Assembly: GCA_964016885.1 (NCBI GenBank)
Contig: OZ024742.1
Coordinates: 198,152,001-198,216,000 of the forward strand
DNA length: 64,000 bases
Direction of reading: 5' to 3'
Origin: Eledone cirrhosa
Taxonomy: Eukaryota
Shown: positions 1 to 14,450 of the stretch, one piece after another
Numbering within the stretch: position 1 is the first letter of the stretch
Layout of the letters: each line of letters begins with the position of its first letter
Made by a program: the position numbers and the translations under genes
Notes under the pieces: generated by a model
Told to the model about the DNA's origin: nothing
Database searches by the model: none
What the model saw: only the letters and a program-made list of their open reading frames with translations

Positions 1-19
1 ACAGACAAATACACATGTA

Positions 20-190
20 TGTGTGTTGGACCTCCATTGGTTCCAGCCTGCTCTTGAAATAAATGTCCAATTTGCTGAGCATTCCACAGACATGTGTACC
101 CTTAACATAGTTCTCAGGGAGATTCAGCATGACTCAGTGTGTGACAAGGCTGGCTTTTTAAACTGAAGATGCAACTCATTTTTTGCCAGC
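20..190 (-). mobile_element. Fragment of a dispersed SINE-like family
   Basis: Motif cattccacagacatgtgtacccttaa..agttctcagggagattcag recurs at about 31840-32165, 55570-55700, 55785-55880 and 56295-56570. Confidence 0.6.
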
Positions 191-708
191 TACTATTGGG
201 TCCCAAATAATAGGGAAAGGGGTTGGAACAAGGGGGTGGAATAAGTGGGTGGGGATCAGTAATCTTTCTAGGTTGTCTTCGTTGATTTTTTTTTTAAAAC
301 CAGAATTAGTCATTTAGTTTACATATTGAGACCCCTAATCCATCCTACTTATTTTGTAATGTATGAGATTTCTAGTAATGTACAATTTTGTCATGTATAA
401 AGTTTTTTAATGTATAAAGAAAATTAATTGTCGCAGGAATGCTACCGCTTAAAATAAATTTCACTGGAGATAGATTAGAAAAATTTAATAAGTGGGGGAG
501 GGAAGTGGGGTGGAAAATTCTTTAAAATTAATATACATTCAAACAAATATGCATATACGAAGATACACGAATATACACACTCATACATGAAGATATACAT
601 ATATACAAAGATACCCACTCACACAAATACTTACACCTCCAGAGCCTCAGTATGTTTCAGATCCACACCATACATGGCATGCAGGTTGAAAATGTCTGCT
701 ATAGACTA

Positions 709-900
<192 letters not shown>

Positions 901-999
901 TTAGAGGTAACAGCGTATAGTTATGTTATTTTATGTTTTGAGTTCAAATCCCTCTGACCTTAGCTTTGCCTTTCATTGTTAGTGAAGTTGGATGGGTGG

Positions 1000-1215
1000 T
1001 AGATTGGCAGTATCGGTAAAACACCAGACACCATGTTTCGTGGCATAGAGTTACAGCTCTTTATGTTTTGAGTTCAAATTCTGCCAAGGTTAGCTTTGCC
1101 TTTCACCCTTACGCGGTCAATAAAATAAAGTACCAGTAACGCACTGAGGTAAATTTAATCGACTTTCCCCTTCTCTTTAAAATTTTGGCCTTGTGCCTAA
1201 AGTAGAAACAATTTT
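1000..1215 (+). mobile_element. tRNA-derived SINE with Nin/Deu-like central domain
   Basis: A-box-like tggcagtatcggta, B-box gagttcaaat, central gcctttcatcc...ggtcgataaaataaagtaccag. Related copies at about 1505-1700(+), 19600-19785(-), 44340-44530(-), 44712-44905(-), 44922-45110(-), 54215-54397(+) and 60978-61162(+). Confidence 0.8.
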
Positions 1216-1774
1216 TACCGAAGTTAGTACATTTGTACAAACTTGGTACTATTTGTCGTTAATTTTACTTTTCTGTACATTTGGTACCAAGTGCGAATCT
1301 TTTTCATACATTTTAGAGATTGTACTTGCTTTGTGAATTTGGCTTAATTTATATTCTAAAATCACCATTTAATGATTTACCATTTACCATCTATGACGGC
1401 TTTTACATCGAGAAGCTATCCATTAAATGTATTTGCCCGTCAGATCTCACTTGACATCAATACTTCTGCATAGTATTTCAAATAGGTAACCATCTGTATT
1501 TTTGGTAGTATTGGTAGAGCTTCAGGCACTAGCATTATGGCCCTTTATGTTCTGAGCTCAAATCCCACTGAGGTTAGTTTTGTCTTTCATCCTTTCGAGG
1601 TTGATAAAATAAAGTACCAGTAATGCACTGGTCTCGATTGAATTGACTTTCCCTTTCCCTCAAAATTGTTGGCCTTGTGTCTAAATCAGAAACCATTATT
1701 ATTATTACTATCATTATCATTATCGAGTTGCAGACATCATATATATGTGTATGTGTGTCTACATATATGTGTAT

Positions 1775-2200
1775 ATCATCATCATCATCATCATCACCGT
1801 TTAACGTCCGTTCTTCCACGCTAGCATGGGTTAAACGGGTTGTCCTGTTGTGGGCAGTGTCCGGTCGGCTGACCTTGGCTTGCTCATACAGGAACAGATT
1901 CTGGCTTGATTTCTACAGCTGGATGCCCTTCCTAACACCAACCTCATTTACAGTGAGTGCTGGGTGCTTTTTTTTCTGTGGCGCCTACACGTCAACTTTA
2001 CAGTGTGGGCTGGGTGCCCACGACCACTTTACAGTGGAATGATAGGGACCCCAGTCCTATCATCTCATTTCTACAGCTGAGTAAACTGGAGCAATGTGAA
2101 ATAAAATGTCTTGCTCAAGGAAACAACACATCACCCGGTCTGAGAATTGAACTCACAACCTTTCGATTGCAAGCCCAATGCTCTAACCACTAAGCCATGC
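1775..2200 (-). mobile_element. tRNA-headed SINE with RTE-derived 3' tail ending in (GAT)n
   Basis: Head ggcttagtggttagagca...gagttcaattc, centre ccttgagcaagaca, tail shared with the RTE 3' UTR at 48300-48600. Confidence 0.85.
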
Positions 2201-2329
2201 ACCTTCATATGTATACATATATATATGCATGCATGTGCATGCATTTGTGTGCATGTATGTATATGTGTGTATGCATGTATGCATGTATGTATATGTATAT
2301 ACATATATGGAGTGCAGTCATTCCAAATA

Positions 2330-4830
2330 TATAAGGCTACATGGGGTAGACATGGGCTCATTAAGCTATGGGGAAGCCAGCCTATCAAGAAGGGCAGTTA
2401 CTTAAAAAAAATATGGCTGCATGGATCAGCCATGGACTTTATAAGCTGTAGTGAAGGCAACCCATCTAGGAGAGCAGTCACTCTGAATTAAAACTAATAC
2501 AGGGTAGAGAGAAGACTGGAGTCCATTCAGACAACCTCTCTAGGGCTGTTGGCACAAATAATGTACCCAGTCCATGCTGTAAAGTGGTTGGTCATAGGAA
2601 GGGCATCCTACCAGAAAATCACTGCCAAAAACTATGACAAACCCAAGTATAAGATTCACAACAATTGTGTATACAGGACTAACACTAGTCATGTTAGTGC
2701 TGTGTGTAGCAACGGGTTGGCTAACCTAGCCATATGTGAGAAACCCTCAACTGTCATCAAGCAATATCACAGCCATATTCCCTTTCAGGTACAGAGAGAT
2801 ACTACCATAAGACGACCTAATGTTTCCTGTCAGGTATCACACCTTCCGATTGCCACTGACAATGTGGGCACTCTGAAAGGTAGATATGAAGAAATTGACG
2901 AGTTAATTGAAAAGGAAGGAGTGGATGTATGCTGTGTTCAAGGGGTATGATGGAGGAGTGCCTCAGCCAACTTCCCACTGGCAAATAGCTTAGATATATT
3001 CTTTTCTGAGTCGGAAATAAGGTGGAGAGGAGTAGGCATTCTACTAGCTGAGAAGAGGATAGATAAGGTAATTGATGTAGCAGAATTATCAAGCTCAGAG
3101 CAGTTATAGGCAATAGAATGACCACAATTATCTCTACCTATGCACCACAAGTAGGACTAACTAAAGAACAAAAGGACTGTCCTACTGACAACTTCAATAG
3201 TTACAGATGACAGAAATCTTATCATCCTAGCTGGTGAGTTTAATGGACATATTTAGACAGCACAAAGATGGCTACACTGGTGTACATGATGGCTATGATT
3301 ACAGTTCAAGAAATGAAGAGGGAACAAGGTTCTTGGTATGTAAATGAAACAATAACTAAGCCAGCTACCTGTTCACCTATCAATCAGGTGAATACACAAG
3401 CCAGATTGACTTCTTACTTGTTATAAATGAAACAGACAGATGATTATGATTGTTAAATCCTTGGAGAAGAATGCACTGACCAACATAAGTTGGTAATTTG
3501 TTAAATCGGAATGAGCACCAGACACAACAAGAAATGTAGGAAAATCTGGAAGAGGAGAGTTTGGAAGCTAAAGAACCTTTCTGTTAAACATAGTTTCAGG
3601 AAAGCCTTATGTGACTCATATGATGAAAGGAAGAGGAAGCTAGATACATATGAGATACAGGAGAATTGGATTTCCTACATGACAATCTACTATAAGCTAC
3701 TAGTGGCTGGAGCAAAGCCTTAGTCAGGCAAAAGGTGACCTAGTGGTGGAACAGCTCTGTGGATAGAGCTGTTAAAGCTAAGATATGGGTGAGGAAGAGC
3801 AAGAAAAAGGGTGGTAGCAAAGATCAATACTATATAGCTAAAAGAGAACTTAGATGACAGGTGTACTAGCAAGCTAATAGGCTGAAAGAAGGAGGTTTGC
3901 CAATGTCCTGTGATGTAAGGATCAGAGATGAGAGGAGCACATTGCAAAGCAGTGTATCAGGATGTGGTTGGGGAAAAAGGTATCCAAACTGACACTGGTA
4001 CATTTAGCATCACTAATGCTCAAAAGAAAGAGGTCTGGAAATGTTACTATGAGAGGTTAATGAACGTGGAGAGGAAGGAAGAGAGACTACCCCCCAACTG
4101 ACCCAACAGCTATTGAAATTGACAGTTACAGGGTCAAAGAAGCGATTAAAGATATGAAAAATAGTAAAGCTACTAGAACATCAGAGATAGTCACTGAGAT
4201 GCTGAAAATGTCTGGGGGAAGTGTATGCTGAACTAGTCACCCACATAGTCAATCAAGTAATATGATGGGATCATTCCTAACTATTGCTGTACCTGTATAC
4301 TCATTAATTGCTTCGAGGAAACGGTGGGGCTCTGGAAAGGAGCAACTATAGAGGCATAAAACTGATGGATCAACTTAGGAAAGTGACAGAAAGAGTTCAA
4401 GTACAACTAATTAGGGAAAGAGTCAAATTAGGTGAGATGCATTTCGGTTTTGTGCCAGGGAGGCATACTACTGATGCTCTCTTCTTGGTGAGACAACTAC
4501 AAGAGAAGTTCCTAGTTAAGAGTATGCTTCTATATCTAGCTTTTGTTGGTCTTGAGAAAGCCTTTGACAGAGTACCATGATGTGTCATCTGGTGGTCCCT
4601 AAGGAAACTATGTGTAGAAAAGTTGTTACTGAGAGCAATGCAAGCCATGTACAGAGGAGTTATCAGTAAAGTGAGAGTAGAAAAGGAGTTTAGTGAGGAA
4701 TTCAAGGTACAGGAAGGAGTGCATCAAGGCTCAAGCCTCAGCCCACTTCTGTTTATTATAATTATCTAGGCCATAACAAAGGAGATTTTGAATGGCTGTC
4801 TATGCAAACTTCTATATAATGAAATTATTA
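2330..4830 (+). mobile_element. Decayed RTE-clade LINE (5' UTR, APE endonuclease, start of RT)
   Basis: Broken ORFs NVGTLKGR...VDVCCVQ and NYRGIKLMD...FGFVPGRHTTDALF...LEKAFDRVP, plus GVHQGS; many stops and frameshifts. Confidence 0.9.
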
Positions 4831-5279
4831 TTATAGGTAAATATTTTTAGATGTAGATCAAAATAGCTATAATGTCATAACAGGAAATAACTATCACAAA
4901 ACATATAGATATTCAAGCCCAATTTGAATTGAGATTCACTCATTATGAAACAGTCGATAGCTGACACATAGCTGTAGCAGGTGTTGGTCATTATGGCAGT
5001 GCTCCAGCCAGGCTAGAGTACTCAGGTGAGTAAAACTACTGAGCACAAAGTCATATCTTATCTCAACCAATATCACCATATTCACCATAATAATGAAACA
5101 CTCCCTGTATATCAAACTTTTTACACATTCTGGTTGTGTTGTATTTTGCTACATGGCATCGTTGCATAACATGTCACAAATAAAGATATATATATACAAA
5201 TTATCAGTTTTGGTTTTCCTTGTTGGTCTGTTTCAACTCATTGTTGGTCCTGGCGATAGCATACATCTAGTGAAGCCTC

Positions 5280-5505
5280 CAGGCCACACTGTAAAGTGGT
5301 CGTGTAGGCGACACGACAAAAAGCACCCAGAACACATAGTAAATGTGGTTGGCATTAGGAAGGGCATCCAGCCATAGAAACCAAGCCAGAATCAGTTCTC
5401 TGTGAGCATGACAAGGTCTCCTGACCCAACTTGCCTCAAACGAGACAACCCTTCCAACCCATGCTAGCATAGAAAAATGGACGTTAAACAGTGATGATGA
5501 TGATG
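5280..5505 (+). mobile_element. RTE/SINE 3' tail fragment
   Basis: ggcattaggaagggcatccagc...ggacgttaaac(gat)n. Similar tails at about 12265-12500(-), 27100-27325(+), 30340-30570(+) and 52920-53175(+). Confidence 0.75.
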
Positions 5506-5519
5506 ATATATACATATAC

Positions 5520-5730
5520 ATTGGTCTGAAAAGTTCCTGGCTTTGTGTAAAAGAAAATACAGCAGGATCAGTTAATTATGATTTTATTCAGCATATTCCC
5601 CTTTCAGATTCATAAACTTATTGCAGCAGTCCTTCAGTTTTTCTAAGCCCTGTAAAATGAATTCAGAAAGTTGAACCTCCAACCAGGCTTCTGTATACCC
5701 TTAAAGCCAGGAATTTTCCAGAACCTCCTT
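5520..5730 (-). mobile_element. Mariner-like transposon end fragment
   Basis: ggtctgaaaagttcc terminal motif followed by decayed transposase C-terminal-like sequence. Confidence 0.45.
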
Positions 5731-5904
5731 GTAAAATGTTCACACGATTGTGAAACAAACTCCTTAACCATGACTGTGCTTATATGTTTATATGTATATT
5801 ATGATTTAATTACTATTGGTGTCTTATTGCCATTAGATGTTTTATTCCTGCATGAGTAAATTACAATGCTAGATTCAATTTATCTTCACAACTTCAACCA
5901 ATCT

Positions 5905-6097
5905 TTAACCCTTTAGCATTTAATCTGGCCATATCCGGCCAGAATTCTCTCACCTCTTTATGCTCAAACCGGCCACAACCAGCTGCTCATATAAAATAAA
6001 TAACATTGAAATCTTGTAGCTTTAATATTATGTGAGGTAAACTGATACCTCGAAATGCAATAGGAAATATAGAGTAATGGAAATGCTAAAGGGTTAA
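5905..6097. mobile_element. piggyBac-type MITE
   Basis: TTAA-CCCTTTAGCATTT...AAATGCTAAAGGG-TTAA terminal inverted repeats; homologous inverted copy at 31612-31827. Confidence 0.75.
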
Positions 6098-6483
6098 AGG
6101 TGAAAAGAAAAAATCTTGAATACATTTACATCTACACTACATTTTGATAACTTTGATCTCTTGTGGTTAGTACATGTATATTATACTAGACTGGATTTGA
6201 ACTCAGGAACTTTGACAGCAAGTTACCAAATATGCTGGCAGACGGCAAGCATTCCTTGTGATGGTGAATAAATGGAAGCTTGTCTGGTATGGTCATGTAT
6301 CTCTTCACAACTCCTTGTCCAAAACCAACCTTCAGAGCATAGTTGAGGGAGGGTGAAGATGAGGCAGACAAAGAAAATCTTGGTCTGACAACATCAAAGA
6401 TTGGACTAGTCTGGTCATAACACTGATACCCTTCTCTGCATGATGGAGAATAGAAACCAGTGGTGATAACTGACTATGAAAGT

Positions 6484-7503
6484 ATCTAGAGTGGCACCCC
6501 AATGACTGGCTGCATCAGTGGCACATCTAGAGTGGCACCCCAATGACAAGCTGTACCTGTAGCACATCTAGAGTGGCACCCCAATGACTGGCTGCACCAG
6601 TGGCACATCTAGAGTGGCACCCCAATGACTGACTGCACCAGTGGCACATCTAGAGTGGCACCCCAATGACTGGCTGCACCAGTGGCACATCTAGAAAGGC
6701 ACCCCAATGACTAGCTGTACCTGTAGCACATCTAGAGTGGCACCCCAATGACTGGCTGCACCTGTAGCACATCTAGAGTGGCACCCCAATGACTGGCTGC
6801 ACCAGTGACACATCTAGAGTGGCACCCCAATGACTGGCTGCACCAGTGGCACATCTAGAGTGGCACCCCAATAACAAGCTGTACCTGTAGCACATCTAGA
6901 GTGGCACCCCAATGACTGGCTGCACCTGTAGCACATCTAGAGTGGCACCCCAATGACTGGCTGCATCAGTGGCACATCTAGAGTGGCACCCCAATGACTG
7001 GCTGCACCAGTGGCACATCTAGAGTGGGACCCCAATGACAAGCTGCACCTGTAGCACATCTAGAATGGCACTCCAATGACTGGCTGCACCTGTAGCACAT
7101 CTAGAATGGCACCCCAATGACTGGCTGCATCAGTGGCACATCTAGAGTGGAACCCCAATGACTGGCTGCACCAGTGGCACATCTAGAGTGGCACCCCAAT
7201 GACTGGCTGCACCTGTAGCACATCTAGAGTGGCACCCCAATGACTGGCTGCACCTGTAGCACATCTAGAGTGGCACCCCAATGACTGGCTGCACCTGTAG
7301 CACATCTAGAGTGGCACCCCAATGACTGGCTGCACCAGTGGCACATCTAGAGTGGCACCCCAATGACTGGCTGCACCAGTGGCACATCTAGAGTGGCACC
7401 CCAATGACTGGCTGCACCAGTGGCACATCTAGAGTGGCACCCCAATGACTGGCTGCACCAGTGGCACATCTAGAGTGGCACCCCAATGACTGGCTGCACC
7501 AGT
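6484..7503. repeat. 41-bp minisatellite, about 25 copies
   Basis: Unit catctagagtggcaccccaatgactggctgcaccagtggca with two main variants; lies within the 3' end of a LINE-like fragment (about 6190-7530) that ends in a gatt-like tail. Confidence 0.95.
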
Positions 7504-7862
7504 TGTAGGAATGTGATTGATTGACTAAGTTTTGATTGGTTTGATCACTGATTGTCACCAGATGTTACGTCTAGAGATATACATTGTACCAGACAGGATC
7601 TGAAAGTTAAGGGTAATATTGATCTTATCCATTTGGCTATTGATTCCTGCTCAATTAATGCTACATGTTTACATTATTTGCTCCATTCATTACCATATTT
7701 CTAATGAAAGACACAGCCTTTTAAATTATTATTTTAAAATCCTTTGAAAATGATCAAGAATTTGGAAAGATTTAGTAATATAACTAACTTTCCCATAATT
7801 AAGTTGGTTCAGGAACATAAAGCTTCTTACATAAAATTATGATGAACACCTTTTAGATACAT

Positions 7863-8102
7863 TTAACCCTTTCATGACTATATTTCTAATGAAAAACACT
7901 TTATTTTAATTAATTAATGAAGGATTTCGAGAGATTTTCTAAAATTAATAATCATTTCATTAGTAAGATGATAACTTAACATAAGGTTCTTATATAAAAT
8001 TATGTTGGAAGATTTTAATTTAAATTGAAAACCTTTAAAATGGGTGGTTTTATTTCATAGAACCAGAGCCGGTTTTGGCCGGGTTGGTAACTAAAGGGTT
8101 AA
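7863..8102. mobile_element. Second piggyBac-type MITE family
   Basis: TTAA-CCCTTT...AAAGGG-TTAA ends; related partial copies near 7690-7860, 13200-13330 and 54105-54510. Confidence 0.6.
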
Positions 8103-8262
8103 CAATTTAAGATAAGCAGCTTTGTATCGTAGGACTAGGGAGGGTTTTAGGTGATTTGGTATCAAGAGGGTTAAATGTATTTTTCAAGAAGAACAACTTG
8201 GAACAATCATCAAAACCAACAGAGATGCATTTCATTTTAGGACTGAAAAAATAAGAATATAC

Positions 8263-8509
8263 CTGGAGGAAATATATTTGGATTCCTTTGTGAGTCTGTA
8301 GTCTTTCTGGTAACTTTTTGAGTTGAGGGAGTTCTTGTGTTGGTCTCAGTTGTGTAACCAAAGGTTTTGTTTTGTCTGGAGGGTTTGGTGCTGTTCCAGA
8401 ATGGTTTCTTCATTACAAGAAAAGGTCGAATGTCAAAAAATCCGTAGGTTTCAGAGATTGAAGATAGCAATATACAGATGAAGGTATGGTAGGTTAAAAT
8501 ATCCATCAT
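8263..8509 (-). CDS. Probable first coding exon of the GH9 gene: signal peptide plus Thr/Lys/Pro-rich linker
   Basis: MMDILTYHTFICILLSSISETYG-FFDIR... has a hydrophobic core and small residues at a plausible cleavage site. Donor ccaG|GTatat at 8263/8262 is phase 1, compatible with exon 723-893. Candidate acceptor (tactaa...taaAG|) at 8526/8525. Confidence 0.72.
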
Positions 8510-8784
8510 GACGTGTGTATGAATTCTTTAAGATGTTTTTAGTAAAACGAATGATAGATAAATAGATTGATATATATAGGTAGGTTAGATAGATAGATAG
8601 ATAAATAGATAGATAGATAAGTAGATGAATATGGATAGACAAGTTGATAGCTAGATAGATAGATAAATGGGTGGATATATAGATATAATGATTTTTTTTC
8701 TAGAGGAATGGAAAGAGACCACGGTTAAATAAAGTACTCAATACAGCCTTGAAAAAATAATTTCCATCTGAAATTATATATATA

Positions 8785-9015
8785 TAAAAGCGTCACGGCA
8801 CAGGCATTGCTTTATATCTGGAGATCTCTCTGCACTTGGTACCATGGGCCCAGCACTATGTGTCAATAATTGTCACAAGTGTAGTGTTTGTACCAGAGTT
8901 TTCAAGTCGCTGGCTGGACTAAAAAGTCACACTCATTCAGCGCATCGGTAGGGTTCTCCTACATGGATATAAAGTAGTGGCCGTACTCGAAAACGAGTTG
9001 GCAGCCACCATATAG

Positions 9016-9067
<52 letters not shown>

Positions 9068-9068
9068 G
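8785..9068 (+). mobile_element. 3' end of an RTE-like LINE with (GATA)n tail
   Basis: Encodes a C2H2-like remnant (CSVCTRVFKSLAGLKSH); near-identical inverted copy at about 32240-32480. Confidence 0.7.
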
Positions 9069-10038
9069 TTACTAAGTCTTCAGGTCACATCTGTGAAACA
9101 TTATTGATACTTCCAATCATCATACTCCTTTTCACAAGATTATTGATATCCAGTTTACTAATTCAATTTTTATATATATGTTACAGAGATTTGGAAAATT
9201 CCAGGAATGGTTGTGCGATTAAGAAATTCACTTTACAGCCACATGGGTCAGGATTCAGACCTACTGCATGGTACCTTCAGCATGTGTCTTTTACTATTAC
9301 TTCGGATGTGAGTAGAATTTGGTAGGTGGAAACTGATGATGAAGCTGATGTCAATCATGTGTGTGTATATCAAGTAACTTGAGGTTCAAGAGCAAAAAAA
9401 AAAGAGTTCAACAAAATAAGTACCAAGTTTGGAAAAGAAAAAAAGTACCAGGATCAATATTTCTGATTAAATCCTTTCAAAGCAGTATCTCAGCATGGCG
9501 GCCACAGAGTCTAATGTTTAAAACCAGTGAAAAAAAAAAGTGTAGAAGGATGAACTATTCAGTAAAGACCATCCTCCTAGCCTCCAAATTGTGTAGTGAA
9601 GGGAATTATTCAGTTAAGACAGACATGCTGCTCCAAAGGAATCAAAGTCAGAAGGAAAAATACCAACAGTAACAGCAAACAAAACCTAGATAGTTTGTAT
9701 TTTTTAAATCAAAAAACTTCATTAAAGAGACACACTTTAGCTTTTGTAAGGTGGCTGGGAAATGTCACACAGGTAAGAGGTGGGTGGGGGGGAATGAATA
9801 TTGTATTTGCAAAGTTTCAGTTTACACAAAACGAAAAGGAAAGATGAAAGAAAAAAAATTGTAAGTAAAAATAAAAGAGGAAGAAAGAAAAAAACAGGAC
9901 TAAGATAAATAGAAAGTTATATTATTATTGTTGTTGTTCTTCTTTCCCTGAATCTTAATTCATTCGGAAATGTTTCCTTTTATGTCTGTATGTGTGTATG
10001 CATTTATGTATATGTATGTGTATGACTCTGTGTATGTG

Positions 10039-10148
<110 letters not shown>

Positions 10149-10250
10149 GTATCATCATCATCGTTTAACGTCCATATTCCACGCTCGCATGGGTTTATAT
10201 ATATATATATCATCATCATCATCATCCTCATTTAACGTCCATCTTCCACG

Positions 10251-10317
<67 letters not shown>

Positions 10318-11169
10318 CATACAGAGAGAGGGCATGTGTGTGCATGTATCATGTACAACCGTGCTACAAGCCAAGTGGAATGGTTGATTACACAGAGTGA
10401 CAAGGTAGTTCAAACTAAAGAATCTGGCACCTATTGACCTCCGTGTCTTGCTGTTTCAGTTATGACAGTGCCAGGAAATGGATTGAGAAGCACGGTTAAT
10501 GACAACAGTCATGACTTAGGGCAAGATTTTCACCAATTTTCTTTCTCCTGAAACATTCTTTGTTTGATAAGCCCCTAACAACCTCTCTACTCTGTATTTT
10601 AGAAACTATATTATGTTTGTAGATTGTCAGTTATGGGTTCTAATACTTCTTTAATTTTTTTTTTAAAGTTTGTTAGACTGGTTTGATAAAACAAGTTTAT
10701 TTCACCAGTAACAAGTGTTGAAATTCCTATTGTGTGGGTAAAATTTTACACCTTTTAACCTAACAAAAGACCCCAATTTTTTAGGGATGCCTTTTGGAGC
10801 ATTTGTTCCAGCACTTTGCATACTGAGTTTAAATTTATGCTAAAACCTACTTTGGTGATAGACTTAATATGTCACCTAGTTTAACCTCTGGTCCTTTGAT
10901 GCCCCTTGATGCTTTTAGTGGAGTCTACTCTGTTGCAAGCATTCAGGTAAGATATCCAGTTTGAGAATACTTTCCTCCGTCCTTCCTAGCAGTTCTTGAG
11001 GTTCTGAAAAGTGTAATGGGTACTTCCCTTCCCTGCCACCAGTCTCAGAGGCCTTGAAAAGTGTAATCAGCACTGCATTTCTTTCCTTGACTAAATGGTA
11101 AAAAACAAATTCTGCATATTACAGAAACTGTACAATTCTTGTAAATCTATTAGTATGAAAAATACTTCC

Positions 11170-11550
11170 TTCTTCTCCCACTTATTCCTGGGTGGGTTTT
11201 GGAGGCAGAGTCCTCAAACACTCCCTCCAGCGGGTCCTGTCAGAGGCAACCATCTCCAACAGATCCAACTAGATCTCCGATTGAGAGCAGCCAATTTCAA
11301 GGATGTTATCCAACCATCTTTCTCAGGGTCTCCCACTGGCTGGTTTTGCCTGTAAAATCTGTCCAGTGATTCTTTCCTGAGACATTCTAACCACATGCTC
11401 ATATGATCGGAGCTGTGATCTCTCAATTAGAAGTAGCAGCTCTACCTGGAATGACTCTCTGATCTCTGAGCTATGCACTCTATTGGGTAACGTTACTCTA
11501 AAGACCCTTTGGAGGAACCCCATTTCAACAGCTTGTATTTGTAATTGTAT
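11170..11550 (-). mobile_element. RTE-like LINE 3' fragment
   Basis: FLQRVFRVTL...IERSQLRSYEHVVRM...GRP, typical of the RTE C-terminus. Confidence 0.75.
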
Positions 11551-14009
11551 TCTTAAACTTTACTTCCTTGATATTTGCTTTTGTAAAAGGTTTGTTAGAC
11601 CAATTTGAGAAAGCCAGTTTATTTCACCTATTACAAGTATTCTTTCACCTGTAATGAGTTCTCATATTCTTAATACGTTATCTAAATATATGTCCTTTTT
11701 ATGCACCAAAGTGTTTCATAATGCTTGTTAAAATATTTATTATGCCAACATAGTGTCTTTTTCACAAGTCAGAAGACTACATTTTGTAAAAGAGGAAGCA
11801 CTGGTGATTTAAATTCTAATTATCCTGTTATGATTTAACAGAAAATATTTTAAAACAGGTTTGTTAATTCACATGTTATAGTAGTTTTACTAGTGGACAG
11901 ATTATTGTGAAAATTTGCAGTAAACTAAAGACTTTAATATTTAATAAAATGCCATCATAGTGCTGTTCTGTTGTGATTTCTTAAGAATGTCTTGCTAATG
12001 CGATTTTATGTGGTACAGGATATTAAGATTTAATTAACCTATATATATTAATTATGGTTTCTAAAGGAATATTCAAATTAAAAGGAAAAAAATTTAGTTT
12101 GGTTACAAAGACATCAAACTTGTTTTGTGGATATGAATGAAGCAGTTTCAACAAGCAATAAATGACAATTGTTTTAAAACCATTTTCGTTTAATAAAGTA
12201 CCCAGCCCACACTGCAAAGTGGTTCTGTCCCATCATAGGCTTCATATTCATCATGGAGTCCTCTTACATCATCATCATCATCATCACTGTTTAACAACCA
12301 TTTTCCACACTAGCATAGGTTAGACGAGCTGTCCTATTGTGAGACAAGCCAGGTCGAGTGACTATATCTTGCTCATACAGAACTAATTTTGGCTTGGTTT
12401 CTACAACTGGAGGCCCTTCCTAATGCCAACCATGTTTACAATGTGTACTTGGTGCTTTTTGTTGTGACACCTACAGAACCACTTTACAGTGTGGACTGAG
12501 TGTAGTAAGGATACAACATGCAGGAATATGGTTTACTGATAAAGCCTTTTGAATATATGAAGTCTGTATTATGTATTTGTGTCCAAACAAGGTCTAAAAG
12601 ATGAAGGTACAAGGAGGGCCAATGATATCTGACACACTCCTTAAAACCTTCCAAATCTCTCAGCATTTTGAACTTTGAGAGACACTGCCCACTTTCTTTC
12701 CCAAGGCTCAAAAGTCATTTTTTATTGCTTTACAACTAAATTGAAAGAAGGTATATTTATTGGATCTACCACATATATGACCCAACTCTTACTTTCCCAC
12801 TCCATCTTCTACTGAGGGATGACTACCTTTCTCAGCGAGCAACATGTAGCTTCACTTCTCCTCATGCTCTCATCTTACACCATCACTCCTATCATTACTT
12901 TTCACAGCCTTTTCATGGAGCACCCTGTGCTGGTAGCACAATAAAATGCACTCAGCTTGCTCTGTAAAGTGTTAATATTGGTGTCATGATAAAATGTACT
13001 CAGTCTATTCTGTATAGTGGTGCAGCTAGTGACACAATAAAAAGACCCAGGTTGTCCTGTGAGGTGTTAGTCCTGATGCCACAGTAAAATGCACCCGATC
13101 CACACTGTAAACTTGTTGGCATTTGGCAGGACATCTAGCTATAGAAACCATGCCAAAATGGAACATGAGGAAGACATGATTATATGAGCTGTTAAAGGGT
13201 TAACAAATGGTTCTTATTTAGAATTATGTTGAAAAGTTTTAAATTAAACAGGAACTTTTTAAAATGGTTGGTTGGTTTTGTTGATTAGAACAAGAGGCAG
13301 TTCTTGGTAGAGTGGTATCAAAGGGTTAATGAAATACTAATCTATTGTTGAATGTTTAATATGAGAGATAAGAGGTATTATTTCACTGATATTTTCATAA
13401 CAAAAGGAAATTCATGGCACAAACACAATAAACAGCTTCCTGCTTTGTTAAACCTTCATGGATTGATTCTTAATGTTTAGTTTTGTGTTAGAGGCATTTC
13501 TTAACTGTAAGTATGGATTAAATAGGTATTTAGTAAGTATTGCTTAAATATTTAAATGAGAATGTTTAAATAGTTTTTACTCTCTCTCTCTCTCTCTCTC
13601 TCTGCAATCCAAATTAAAATGATGAGGGAATGGACAAAGATGATGTTCTTGAAGTTTGCCTGTTCCCTTGTGTATATACATATAGAAGATCTTATACAAA
13701 ATTACAAAATCACCAATGGGTAGATCCCTGTAAAGTAATCTAAATCAAGAAAAACTTCACATACATCTTATTCTAGGCCTGAATCTTAGTTAAACAACCT
13801 AAAGCTAGAAGGATCAGTCAAGTTACCCTAACTGCAGTTTCAAGGACCAAGAACAGTACTGATCATCTCAATAGAATAAAGCGGTCCATTCTGCCAGAGC
13901 AACCTATCATCAAGGGGGTTCTGATTATTATTATTATTATTATAAGAAAAGGTTATATTATGCTGGTTCTGTGAAGACACCTGCAGTTCACTAACAGGTT
14001 AATATATCC

Positions 14010-14450
14010 TCATGGCTACCATTTTCTGGGATGCACAAGGAATGTTGTTGATAGATTATCCCCAAAGGACCACACCATCACCAGACAGTACTATGCTGAC
14101 CTACTTAAATGTCTTCAAGAAGAAAAGGTCAGGATTGCTGATAAAGAGGTCTTGTTCCATCATGACAATGCTCCTGCCCACACCTCAGTTGTGGCAATGG
14201 CAACAATTCGTGACTCTGGGTTCCAACTCGTCCGTCATCCACCATACTTGCCAGACCTCGTACCCTCCAACTTCCACCTGTTCACAGACATGAAAAAGGA
14301 TATGGCCGAACAACACTACGTTACAGATGATGACATCATAGATGCTGTGGATACCTACCTGGAGGACCAAACTAAGAAGTTCTATGTCAGCGAGATCTCG
14401 ACACTTCAGCACCGGTGAAAGAATTGTGTGGACTCAAAGGGAGAATATGC
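14010..14450 (+). mobile_element. Mariner transposase fragment
   Basis: MATIFWDAQG, HHDNAPAH and HPPYLPDLVPSNFHLF motifs. Confidence 0.9.

Noticed and set aside
6484-7503. CRISPR-like array
   Set aside because: No unique spacers (whole units repeat), eukaryotic context, and no cas genes.
10430-10548. Possible 5' UTR exon of the GH9 gene
   Set aside because: Has an AG acceptor but only a weak donor and no independent support.
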